Positions 1 to 8,491 of a stretch of 64,000 nt of DNA are shown here, one piece after another (positions within the stretch are counted from its first letter, which is position 1; each line of letters opens with the position of its first letter). The DNA comes from a bacterium. Lineage in GTDB: Bacteria > UBA10199 > 2-02-FULL-50-16 > JAJFLM01. The stretch spans positions 384,001 to 448,000 of the forward strand of contig CBDCFN010000016.1 in the NCBI GenBank assembly GCA_965216315.1, read 5' to 3'. The translations under genes were made by a program, and so were the position numbers. Below the pieces are notes generated by a model that did no database searches, had not been told where the DNA came from, and worked only from the letters and a program-made list of their open reading frames with translations.

Positions 1-439
1 CAAAAAAGATGCCGCCTTCGGGATAGAAGTAGATTTTCCCTAAAAACCACTCATCGCCACGGACAGTGATGGGATCTATGACAACGTCGGCGAGTGTCAT
101 CACGAGAGCGGATATCAAAATGAGCGGTCGCCACTTGAGATAGCTGACGGTTTCATAGCTGGCGTAAGCCAAAAAACTATACGAAACTGAGTCCCAAAGT
201 GGAACGCCACCCAAAACGAGTTCGCCTTCAAAAGCAGAATCAATATAGAGATAATCTCCGTACGGAAAGCCCCAACGGATCGACATCCATTCGGAAATAT
301 AGGCGATGACAAAGCCGATGACCAACAGAAGAAGCGTGCGCATCAAGCCGCGATTTAAAACGCCGATAATGATGAAAGTCGTCAAGAATATGAAGACGTA
401 AGGGCGCATCCAGAGGGTTTTGAGGAGCATATCTAGCAT
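1..439 (-). CDS. Carotenoid-biosynthesis-family (CruF/DUF422-like) membrane protein, 3' end beyond the window start
   Basis: Not in the ORF track. Hand translation from ATG at 439 gives MLDMLLKTLWMRPYVFIFL...SEWMSIRWGFPYGDYLY...LGGVPLWDSVSY...DVVIDPITVRGDEWFLGKIYFYPEGGIFF, open to the window edge. The E..S...GFPYG.Y, GVP and D...DP motifs fit this family. Confidence 0.7.
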   Translation of the reverse strand, partial: MLDMLLKTLWMRPYVFIFLTTFIIIGVLNRGLMRTLLLLVIGFVIAYISEWMSIRWGFPYGDYLYIDSAFEGELVLGGVPLWDSVSYSFLAYASYETVSYLKWRPLILISALVMTLADVVIDPITVRGDEWFLGKIYFYPEGGIFF

Positions 440-458
440 GGGCGAATTGCGTACCTCA

Positions 459-572
459 GCGTCCCTCCCTTTGTAAAGGGAGGTTAGGAGGGATTTAATT
501 TGTGCTGAGTCGCTATCTACTTGATGTCACTTAAATCCCCCTTAGTCCCCCTTTGCAAAGGGGGAGATAGCG
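459..572. repeat. REP-like/REPIN element: two inverted copies of a palindromic unit of about 36 bp
   Basis: 463-498 CCCTCCCTTTGTAAAGGGAGGTTAGGAGGGATTTAA and 531-567 TTAAATCCCCCTTAGTCCCCCTTTGCAAAGGGGGAGA are imperfect inverted copies, each with a CCCTTT-GYA-AAGGG-type palindrome. An extra inverted pair is CGCTATCT (511-518) and AGATAGCG (565-572). Confidence 0.75.
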
Positions 573-628
573 ATTTCTAATGTTGGCTTTCATTGCGCTA
601 GGCCCACCAATATGCTACACCTTCCACC

Positions 629-2083
629 GTGTGGAAATTCTTCCTAGGGCTGGGATTTAGCCTGCTTCTCTTGCAGGCGGCAGTCGGTGTCGGTACCGCT
701 GCGGATGGGGATCGCCATGTCCATGTTCTGACCGTCGACGATCAAATTATCGGACCCGTTATCGTTGAGTATATTGAGGAAGGTATTAAGGGGGCCGAGG
801 AGAGCGGTGCGGCGGCTTTGATCATTGTCCTGGATACGCCGGGTGGTTTGCTCAATTCAACGCGGACAATCGTCAAGGAGATACTCGGGGCTAAAGTACC
901 TGTTGTTGTTTATGTGGGGCCGCGTGGGAGTCGTGCCGGATCGGCCGGTGTCTTCATTACTTTGGCCGCACACGTGGCTGCGATGGCGCCGTCGACGAAC
1001 ATCGGGGCGGCTCATCCAGTGAGCATTGGCGGCGATAGCCCACCAAAACCAAAAGAGAAAGACGACGAGGGAATTAGGGAACTCATCCGCTCGCTGGCAA
1101 AAGGGAAGAAGGATGAAAAAGCTAAGGATGCCGACAAGAAGACGGAAAAGGGGGCTGAAAAAACAGCTGAAGAGACCAAGGAGACCCCGGGTGGTCCGAT
1201 GGAAGCCAAGGTTCTGAATGATACGATCGCCTGGGTGACGGCAATTGCCAATGAACGCGGGCGCAATGCTGACTGGGCCATGAAGGCGGTGCGTGAAAGT
1301 GCATCTATTACGGAGCGAGAAGCTCTTGAAAAGAATGTCGTCGATGTTGTGGCCGAAGATATTCCTAATCTATTGAGTCAAATTGACGGACGCACTGTAA
1401 AACTCGGTTCTGAAGAACAGGTTCTCGTTGTCAAGGGGGCTGACATTGTAAAGAAGCCCATGAGTAAACGCCAAGAACTCTTAAGCATTTTAATCAATCC
1501 CAATATTGCCTATTTACTTATGATGTTGGGATTTTATGGGCTTCTGTTTGAAATCACTCACCCTGGCTCATGGATTCCAGGCATTGCCGGCTTGATTTGC
1601 CTCATTCTAGCCTTCTATTCGTTTCAGACCATTCCGACGAATTATGCCGGTTTTGCTTTAATAGCGATTGCTATTGGTTTGTTTGTTGCAGAAGCCTTTG
1701 TTCCGAGTTTTGGCTTGCTCACCGTAGGTGGGATTATATGTATGGTACTGGGTTCTCTGTTCTTGATTGATTCTCCTTTTGAGCTGATGCAGATCTCATT
1801 TGCCGTGATTATACCGATTGTACTGGCAACCGCATTTGTCGCGGTATTTCTGGTTAGCTTAGCTGCAAAGGCGGCGGTTCAAAAACACAGTACCGGATTG
1901 GAAAGTTTTATCGGTGATCTGGCAACGGCAGAGACGGACCTGGATCCAAACGGTAAAGTTTTTATCGATGGCGAAATATGGTACGCCCATTGCGATCAAC
2001 CGGTTGAAAAAGGCGAAAAAGTGAAAATAGAAGCGGTTGATGGCATGAACCTAAAGGTGACTAAAGTAAAGGAGACGTCATGA
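629..2083 (+). CDS. nfeD: NfeD-family membrane-bound serine protease (ClpP class)
   Basis: Signal peptide, LDTPGG, RAGSAG and NIGAAHP motifs, five TM helices, C-terminal OB-fold ([12 protein letters not shown]). Lies next to an SPFH gene. Confidence 0.93.
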   Translation: MWKFFLGLGFSLLLLQAAVGVGTAADGDRHVHVLTVDDQIIGPVIVEYIEEGIKGAEESGAAALIIVLDTPGGLLNSTRTIVKEILGAKVPVVVYVGPRGSRAGSAGVFITLAAHVAAMAPSTNIGAAHPVSIGGDSPPKPKEKDDEGIRELIRSLAKGKKDEKAKDADKKTEKGAEKTAEETKETPGGPMEAKVLNDTIAWVTAIANERGRNADWAMKAVRESASITEREALEKNVVDVVAEDIPNLLSQIDGRTVKLGSEEQVLVVKGADIVKKPMSKRQELLSILINPNIAYLLMMLGFYGLLFEITHPGSWIPGIAGLICLILAFYSFQTIPTNYAGFALIAIAIGLFVAEAFVPSFGLLTVGGIICMVLGSLFLIDSPFELMQISFAVIIPIVLATAFVAVFLVSLAAKAAVQKHSTGLESFIGDLATAETDLDPNGKVFIDGEIWYAHCDQPVEKGEKVKIEAVDGMNLKVTKVKETS

Positions 2084-2826
2084 GTTTTAGTGCAATCATT
2101 ATAGCTATAGTCGTGCTCTATTTGTTGAGCTCGATTAAGATTTTGCGCGAGTATGAAAGAGGAGTTATTTTCCGACTCGGCCGTGCCTTGCAGAAACCAA
2201 AGGGTCCCGGAATTATTTTTGTTTTTGCCCCGATTGATCGCATGGTGCGTGTCAGCCTAAGGGTTCAGGTCTTCGATATTCCGCCGCAAGACATTATTAC
2301 GCGTGACAATGTTACCGCTAGCGTCAATGCTGTCGTTTACTTTAGGGTAGTTGATGCGATTAACTCCATTATTCAAGTCGAAGATTTTTATTACGCAACT
2401 TCGCAAATGGCGCAAACGACGCTGCGTAGCGTGATTGGTGAGGCGGAGTTGGATGACCTCTTAGCCGATCGTGAAAAACTGAATCACAAGGTTCAGGAGA
2501 TTCTTGATAAGCAAACCGATCCTTGGGGAGTGAAGGTCTCCAATGTGGAAGTGAAGCACGTTGAGTTGCCGCAAAGCATGCAGCGAGCAATGGCGCGCCA
2601 GGCTGAGGCCGAACGTGAACGTCGTGCGAAGATTATTGGCGCCGAAGGTGAGCATCAAGCGTCGAATAAACTCGTGTTGACGGCGCAGGCGATGGAAAAA
2701 CATCCCATCGCATTGCAGTTGCGGTATTTGCAGACACTGCTGGAAATTGGAACGGAGCACAATACGACGACTTTGTTTCCCATTCCAATTGATTTGATAG
2801 AGCAATTTATACCCAAGAAGGGATAG
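2080..2826 (+). CDS. SPFH/stomatin-like (slipin) protein
   Basis: [30 protein letters not shown] and [12 protein letters not shown] motifs. ATGA overlap with nfeD. Confidence 0.95.
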   Translation: MSFSAIIIAIVVLYLLSSIKILREYERGVIFRLGRALQKPKGPGIIFVFAPIDRMVRVSLRVQVFDIPPQDIITRDNVTASVNAVVYFRVVDAINSIIQVEDFYYATSQMAQTTLRSVIGEAELDDLLADREKLNHKVQEILDKQTDPWGVKVSNVEVKHVELPQSMQRAMARQAEAERERRAKIIGAEGEHQASNKLVLTAQAMEKHPIALQLRYLQTLLEIGTEHNTTTLFPIPIDLIEQFIPKKG

Positions 2827-3840
2827 TTACGAAACGCGTTCCTTCATCATCTTGATGAACTCAGCGGTCAATTTGGGATCCCATTGCCCAAGGTCTTTCT
2901 CTTTGATGAGGATGTCGAGTGCATCCTTAGGTTTGATACCTTTACGATAGGGGCGGTTGGTTGTCATCGCATCAAAGGTATCGGCGATGGATGCGATGCG
3001 TGCGGGAAGTGGGATGTTCTCACCGCTAAGTTGGTCCGGATAACCACCACCTTCATAACGTTCGTGGTGATTGCGAATGACCGAAAGCGTTGGTGACAAC
3101 GATTGTAGCCGACAGCAGATGTCATAGCCTTTGACCGGGTGCTCTTGAACGTGCTGGATTTCATCGGCGGTGAGTGGTCCCGTCTTGAGTAAAACGCCTT
3201 CTCTAATCCCAATCTTACCTATGTCATGAAGCAGGGCGCCCTTGCGGATGATATCAATTTCACGTTGCGAGAGTCCAATGGCTGCAGCCAGATCGGCAGA
3301 ATATTTGGCGACTCGTTCCGAATGGCCGCGCGTATAATTATCCTTCGCTTCGAGAGCTTGCGCCAATGAAAAAAGGATGTTTTCACTGGTATCGAGATCA
3401 TCGTGCAGCTCTTTGAGTCGCAGTAGGCTTTTGACCCGGGTAACCAGTTCCAGTTTATTATAGGGCTTGATCAAAAAGTCATCGGCACCGATTTCTATGG
3501 CCTTAAGTTTGTCTTGTAGCTCGCGTAATGCCGTGACAACGATGACGGGAATAAACCAGGTATTCTTGTCTTTTTTGAGAATTTGACAAACCTCATAGCC
3601 ATCCATCTTTGGCATCATGAGATCAAGCAAGATGAGATCGGGTCCGAAGCTCTTGACTTTTTCGAGCGCTTCTTCGCCGTTATAGGCGACGTCGAGGGTG
3701 TACTCAAACGGCTTTAATTGCATCCGGAGCAACTCGACATTGGCCTGATTGTCATCGACAATTAAAACGCGAGGGGCTCGCTCCGTCATGAAACTAATTC
3801 CACCGACCGGGGCTGTTACGACTTTTTTGGTCTCAGGCAT
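2827..3840 (-). CDS. Response regulator with HD-GYP cyclic-di-nucleotide phosphodiesterase domain (RpfG-like)
   Basis: REC domain (LIVDD, DLILLDLMMP, KP) plus LLHDIGKIG and HHERYEGGGYP. Start is probably ATG 3840 or 3789, not 3996, which overlaps the divergent gene. Confidence 0.92.
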   Translation of the reverse strand: MPETKKVVTAPVGGISFMTERAPRVLIVDDNQANVELLRMQLKPFEYTLDVAYNGEEALEKVKSFGPDLILLDLMMPKMDGYEVCQILKKDKNTWFIPVIVVTALRELQDKLKAIEIGADDFLIKPYNKLELVTRVKSLLRLKELHDDLDTSENILFSLAQALEAKDNYTRGHSERVAKYSADLAAAIGLSQREIDIIRKGALLHDIGKIGIREGVLLKTGPLTADEIQHVQEHPVKGYDICCRLQSLSPTLSVIRNHHERYEGGGYPDQLSGENIPLPARIASIADTFDAMTTNRPYRKGIKPKDALDILIKEKDLGQWDPKLTAEFIKMMKERVS

Positions 3841-3908
3841 GCACTGGCATCCTATCACACGGTACAGGCACGTCAAACGGCAAAGCTCGAATAATGATGA
3901 CAAATCGC

Positions 3909-3937
3909 TTGATACCCTGCCTGAGAAGGGGTAGTTT
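3909..3937 (+). promoter_or_regulatory. Putative sigma70 promoter, 9 nt before the ATG at 3947
   Basis: TTGATA (3909-3914), 17-nt spacer, TAGTTT (3932-3937). No Shine-Dalgarno before the ATG. Confidence 0.45.
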
Positions 3938-3946
3938 AAACCCGCT

Positions 3947-4252
3947 ATGCGCTGGATAATTAAAAGACTTTTTTGGTTTGGGGTTCTGGCTGCCATTGTC
4001 TATTACGGTGCCATGTACAAAGTAGACGGGAAACCGTTGAAGGACTACGCACGCGAATTCTACCATTCACCGTTGGCCCAGGCCGCTCTCAAGGCGGGCA
4101 AAGAGATGGCCTCTGAATTCTGGAATGAACATATGGGATCTGACAAGAAGTCCACGCCGACTCCGGAGTCTGCTGAGCTTCCGCCCGTGGGAGACCAGCT
4201 GACCAAGCAGGATAAAGAGGCCCTTAATAAGGTGCTCGAACAGCAAGAATAG
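3947..4252 (+). CDS. Hypothetical protein with N-terminal membrane anchor
   Basis: 101 aa ORF with a basic N-terminus and hydrophobic helix, 2 bp upstream of the next gene. Confidence 0.75.
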   Translation: MRWIIKRLFWFGVLAAIVYYGAMYKVDGKPLKDYAREFYHSPLAQAALKAGKEMASEFWNEHMGSDKKSTPTPESAELPPVGDQLTKQDKEALNKVLEQQE

Positions 4253-4254
4253 CA

Positions 4255-4911
4255 GTGTTGCTCCAGATTTATAAGACTCTCCTGCAAGCACAGGGAAATC
4301 AACAATGGTGGCCCGGTGAAACCGCTCTGGAGATCGCCGTAGGCGCTATACTGACCCAAAATACCAACTGGTCTAACGTTGAAAAGGCCATTCAAAATCT
4401 AAAGACCGCCGGAGCCTTGTCTCTTAATGTGCTCCATCGATTGGACCAGGTTTCGCTCGCTGAATTAATTCGCCCGGCAGGGTATTTTAATATTAAGGCC
4501 AAGCGGCTTAAGAATTTCATCGGTCATATTGCCGAAGAATATGACGGTGACCTGGCGGCTTTTTTGGGACAGGAAACAGAAGGGGTGCGAGCCGAATTGC
4601 TTGCCATTTCAGGGATTGGCCCCGAGACGGCCGATTCGATCGCCCTTTATGCCGGACAGCATCCCGTTTTTGTCGTTGATGCTTACACTCAGCGGATTCT
4701 CTATCGACATGAATTCATTGATGAAGACGCGGATTATTTTTCCATGCAGGAATTTTTCGAATCGTCCCTGCCTCAGGATGTATCATTGTATAACGATTTT
4801 CACGCTCAACTCGTTATGGTAGGTAAGCATTGGTGTAAGAAATCGAATCCGGATTGTGAGAACTGTCCGTTAAGAGATTACCTTCCTGAAAATGGTCCGC
4901 GCGTTGAATAA
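4255..4911 (+). CDS. HhH-GPD endonuclease III domain-containing DNA glycosylase
   Basis: WWP, GAILTQNTNW.NV, HhH motif LLAISGIGPETADSI, VVDAYT, C-terminal Cys cluster. Confidence 0.92.
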   Translation: MLLQIYKTLLQAQGNQQWWPGETALEIAVGAILTQNTNWSNVEKAIQNLKTAGALSLNVLHRLDQVSLAELIRPAGYFNIKAKRLKNFIGHIAEEYDGDLAAFLGQETEGVRAELLAISGIGPETADSIALYAGQHPVFVVDAYTQRILYRHEFIDEDADYFSMQEFFESSLPQDVSLYNDFHAQLVMVGKHWCKKSNPDCENCPLRDYLPENGPRVE

Positions 4912-4917
4912 AGCTTT

Positions 4918-7470
4918 TTATGGTTTTACGATCACCGTCACCGACTGATCCAACTTAAGGTACTTTTGGGCGAGTTGCTGGACTTGTTTGCAAGTCACTC
5001 TTTTGATTTGTTCTGAATAGTTAAGATAATCGGCATAACCAAGACCGTAAATTTCATCGTAGGCGAGCAGTGCGCTGATGGAGCTATTGCGTTGTAAATC
5101 GAGTGAATACGTCCCGATTAAATAACGTTTCGCTCGCTCTAATTCGGCACGACTTATTGGTTTGGTGACAACCTTTTCCAGTTCCTTGATGATGCCCGAT
5201 TCCGCTGTGCTCAGTTTTTCAGGATCGGTACCCATGTAGACGGCAATAAAGCCACGTTCCATGCCTTCATATATGGCGGTGCTGACTGTGTAACAAAGGC
5301 TCTGCCGATCGCGCAGTTCTAGAAAGAGCCGTCCTCCCTGTCCCGCGAGGACGGCGTTGAGAACGTCTATCCCGTAGCGGTCCGGTGTATTAAGCACCGC
5401 TCCCAAAAAACCAGTAACGATATGCGCCTGTTGCATCCCTTTGCGACGGAGGATCGAGCGAACCGGCTGGCGCGGCGGCCGTTGTGACTTATGACGTACG
5501 GCCTTGGATTTATTTGCAGGGAGATGCTGCAGGTGTTCAAAGAGAACCTCTCGAATGTGTTCCGCATTGACATGACCGACGACACTCACGACAAGATTGT
5601 CCGGGCGCACCCATTTTCGGTAGGCCGAAATGAGTTGATTTGAACTTAGTGAGCGAACCGTGTTGGCTGTTCCGAGGATAGGAAAGCGATAGGGGTGATC
5701 AGGGAATAATTTTTGCACGAATTCTCGCATGGCCATGCGTGCGGGGACATCTCCTTGGTCGCGGATGGCGGTTAGAATATGTTTTTTTTCTTTTTGGACT
5801 TCGGCCTTGTCAAATGTAGGATTGCAGAGAACGTCAGCAAAAAGATCAAGCCCTTCATCTAGTTTTTCAGAGAGAAAGGTTGCCTTGAGTCCCAGTAAAT
5901 TGCGGCCTGCGTACCCGCTGATTGAGCCCGCCATCGTTTCGATTTGTGAGGCTATCTCCAGAGCATTACGGTGGATCGTTCCTTTGGTCGTTGTGTCGGA
6001 AATGAGGTTGGAAAGGCCGTTATTGCGGACTGTCTCAGAGCGAATTCCACCGAGTGAGGCCGATCGGATCGAGACCAGCGGAACGAGGGGATTTTCTTTG
6101 ACGATAAGTCGCAGTCCCCCGGGCAGGAAGAAACATTGAATATCCCCACTTTTCTTGACGGCGCGGCGACGTGTTTTTTTGGGTGGTTTGGGGAGCCCGC
6201 TGAGTAATTGCTGTTTGCTGATGGCTTTTTCTTCGCCTTTGGGATGGCAGAAGGCGAGATTAAGATTATTGCTGTTGAGGTAACGACATGCAACTTCCTG
6301 AATTTTTTCAGGCGTTACGGCTGCGACGGCCTCATAGTAAGTTTCTTCGTAAAGGTAGTCACCGGCGGTGATCTCAAAAAAACCAAGTTTACGGCACAGT
6401 CCCTCCACTGTTTCTCGCTCATAGACCTGGGCACTTTTCAGATTTGTCTTGGCTCGCATCAGCTCTCCCGGGCTAACGAGCTCGGCATGGAGTTTATATA
6501 ATTCCTTGAGGATGTTGTGAATGACTTGCTTGGGGCGACTGCGGGTGAGTTCCGCATCGACGAAAAACAGGCAAGGCTCGACGGGCGTATAGCATGCCGT
6601 ATCGATCGCGCGAACCAGTCCCTGGTTCTCTTTTAAGGACTGGTCAAGACGGGAACTTTCCCCTCCTGAGAGAATATGCGACAACACATCTAATGCAGGG
6701 ACATCTGGGTGAACCAGTTCAGGAGTATGAAAGGCAAGAGCGAGATAAGAGCCTTTGACATCCATCGTGCGCGTCCGGGCGCGGGGACGCCGCTGCTTCG
6801 GTTCTTTGGGTATCTTGATGCGTGGCGCCGGTGAATTTGAGAAACCATTGAGTAGTTTTTTGAGGCGCGGTAGAATTTTTATTGTTTCAAAGTCACCGCA
6901 TAATACAAAGATGAGATTAGGACCGACATACCAGCGCTTGTAAAAGGAAAGGAGCTGTTGCCGGCTTATTGCGCGTACGCTCTCTCGAGATCCGGCAATG
7001 GGATTGCCATAAGGATGGCGCTGAAAAGATGTTCGGAAAATATCCTCTGATACCTGGTGCCCGGGGGAATCCTCGGAACGCGATATTTCTTCGACGACGA
7101 CCTCTTTTTCGCGCGTGAGTTCTTCGCTGTCAAAGAGGGGGTTGAGGGCGGCATCAATGAGGATGTCGAGACCTTCTTTCATGAACTCGCTGGCCATGTT
7201 GATATAAAAAACCGTTTCGTCAAAGCTCGTATAGGCATTAATGTCTCCACCCGAGGCCTCGACTTGGCGGGCGATTTCGCCGACAGGATACTTCGGCGTT
7301 CCTTTGAATATCATATGCTCGATCAGATGGCAGATCCCCGCCTCTTTGGGGCCCTCATAGCGGCTCCCGACCTTGCAGCACAGGTTCATCGAAACCACGG
7401 GAGCGTTGTGGCTCTCTTGGATTAAGATGGTGAGTCCGTTATCGAGGACGATTTTTTGTGGTTCGTTCAT
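4918..7470 (-). CDS. M16 family zinc peptidase (pitrilysin/PqqL-like, two tandem M16 halves)
   Basis: Inverted zinc motif HLIEH, INAYTSFDET, EKEVVVEE, and a second degenerate half with RLF.ELR....L.Y. Confidence 0.95.
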   Translation of the reverse strand: MNEPQKIVLDNGLTILIQESHNAPVVSMNLCCKVGSRYEGPKEAGICHLIEHMIFKGTPKYPVGEIARQVEASGGDINAYTSFDETVFYINMASEFMKEGLDILIDAALNPLFDSEELTREKEVVVEEISRSEDSPGHQVSEDIFRTSFQRHPYGNPIAGSRESVRAISRQQLLSFYKRWYVGPNLIFVLCGDFETIKILPRLKKLLNGFSNSPAPRIKIPKEPKQRRPRARTRTMDVKGSYLALAFHTPELVHPDVPALDVLSHILSGGESSRLDQSLKENQGLVRAIDTACYTPVEPCLFFVDAELTRSRPKQVIHNILKELYKLHAELVSPGELMRAKTNLKSAQVYERETVEGLCRKLGFFEITAGDYLYEETYYEAVAAVTPEKIQEVACRYLNSNNLNLAFCHPKGEEKAISKQQLLSGLPKPPKKTRRRAVKKSGDIQCFFLPGGLRLIVKENPLVPLVSIRSASLGGIRSETVRNNGLSNLISDTTTKGTIHRNALEIASQIETMAGSISGYAGRNLLGLKATFLSEKLDEGLDLFADVLCNPTFDKAEVQKEKKHILTAIRDQGDVPARMAMREFVQKLFPDHPYRFPILGTANTVRSLSSNQLISAYRKWVRPDNLVVSVVGHVNAEHIREVLFEHLQHLPANKSKAVRHKSQRPPRQPVRSILRRKGMQQAHIVTGFLGAVLNTPDRYGIDVLNAVLAGQGGRLFLELRDRQSLCYTVSTAIYEGMERGFIAVYMGTDPEKLSTAESGIIKELEKVVTKPISRAELERAKRYLIGTYSLDLQRNSSISALLAYDEIYGLGYADYLNYSEQIKRVTCKQVQQLAQKYLKLDQSVTVIVKP

Positions 7471-7631
7471 TGATAACGCTCCCTAGTGAGCAAAGTGAAC
7501 GAGAGGGGGAGGCTCCGGGAGCTTTGCTTCTGGAGGGGGCGACGCGAGCCCCTATCGAAAGCCGCGTTGTGGCTCTCTTGGATCAAGATGGTGAGTCCGT
7601 TATCGAGGACGATTTTTTGTGGTTCATTCAT
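7403..7631. repeat. 68-bp direct repeat (duplicated gene start) flanking a 93-bp GC-rich structured insert
   Basis: 7403-7470 and 7564-7631 match at 66 of 68 positions. Both encode MNEPQKIVLDNGLTILIQESHN on the minus strand. Confidence 0.92.
7467..7631 (-). CDS. 54-aa ORF made of a duplicated M16 peptidase N-terminus plus insert-derived tail
   Basis: MNEPQKIVLDNGLTILIQESHNAAFDRGSRRPLQKQSSRSLPLSFTLLTRERYQ*. GAGGG lies upstream, and its TGA overlaps the peptidase ATG (ATGA). Confidence 0.4.
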   Translation of the reverse strand: MNEPQKIVLDNGLTILIQESHNAAFDRGSRRPLQKQSSRSLPLSFTLLTRERYQ

Positions 7632-7688
7632 GAGGAACCCTCACGTATCAGTATTCAGGTGGCAGCGTAAAGTGTAAAGATTTGGAGT

Positions 7689-7729
7689 GCGTTCCTCCCT
7701 TTGTAAAGGGAGGCTAGGAGGGATTTAAT
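7689..7729. repeat. Solo copy of the REP-like palindrome
   Basis: GCGTTCCTCCCTTTGTAAAGGGAGGCTAGGAGGGATTTAAT matches 459-499 at 39 of 41 positions. Confidence 0.8.
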
Positions 7730-7832
7730 ATACGAAAGAGGGGGATAGTGGTTATCACTTGATATTCGAACATACCCCTTGAAGGCATCTGTAGGGCCGT
7801 GTAGAGTGAAGCAGGGAATTTATGGAGTTAAA

Positions 7833-8483
7833 ATGTTTGAGATAATCTTTGTCCGTCATGGAGAAACCGAGTGGAATCGCGGCCGCCGCATCATGGGAGC
7901 GAAGCCGATTCCCTTGAATGAGAACGGCCAGCGCCAGATCCGTGACTTGGCGGCCTATTTTAAAGATGTGTCGTTTGATGCGATTTATACCAGCCCGATC
8001 ATCCGTGCGGCTGAAAGTGCCGCTATCTTGGCTGAGGGCCGTGATATTGCCCCTATCGAAGATGAAGCCCTTGCCGAGATTAATTATGGACCGTGGGTGG
8101 GAATGACCTTTGATGAGGTTCGGGAGCGTCCTGAGTTTCGTGACTACCATTTAAGGCCTTCTCAAGCCAAAGTACCGGGTGGCGAGGATATGGATGAAGT
8201 GTTTCAACGCATCGGTGGTTTTGTAGAGCGCCTCCGTAAAGAAGAAAAGAACAAACGTATACTTGCCGTGTCTCATGCAGATGTTATTAAACTGGCTGTC
8301 GTCAAGTACCTGGCCATGCCTCTTGACGATATGCATCGCATGCGCATTGATAATGGCTCTCATTCGCACATATGGTTTAGCGGGCCCCTGGAGCGGGTCC
8401 TAATCGTGAATGGTTTGCCCCGGGTTGATGGGTTTTTTGAAAAAACCAGTTTATTTGCCCGAGAATATCCGGGGAAAAAATAA
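7833..8483 (+). CDS. Histidine phosphatase family protein (phosphoglycerate mutase/CobC/PspA-like)
   Basis: VRHGETEWN, IYTSP..RA, EINYG.W.G, PGGE and VSH motifs. ATG 7833 follows GGAG. Confidence 0.92.
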   Translation: MFEIIFVRHGETEWNRGRRIMGAKPIPLNENGQRQIRDLAAYFKDVSFDAIYTSPIIRAAESAAILAEGRDIAPIEDEALAEINYGPWVGMTFDEVRERPEFRDYHLRPSQAKVPGGEDMDEVFQRIGGFVERLRKEEKNKRILAVSHADVIKLAVVKYLAMPLDDMHRMRIDNGSHSHIWFSGPLERVLIVNGLPRVDGFFEKTSLFAREYPGKK

Positions 8484-8491
8484 CAAAAGCT

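Noticed and set aside
115..312. 65-aa minus-strand ORF from the track
   Set aside because: It is an alternative frame inside the CruF-like gene (1-439), which has recognisable family motifs.
7403..7631. Diversity-generating retroelement TR/VR pair, CRISPR array or prophage att sites
   Set aside because: There are only two copies and the repeat is a gene 5' end. The mismatches are not consistently adenine-specific, and the window has no reverse transcriptase, cas or integrase gene.
7458..7677. Plus-strand ORFs 7458-7670 and 7486-7677
   Set aside because: They are antisense read-throughs of the duplicated gene head and insert, with no recognisable motifs.
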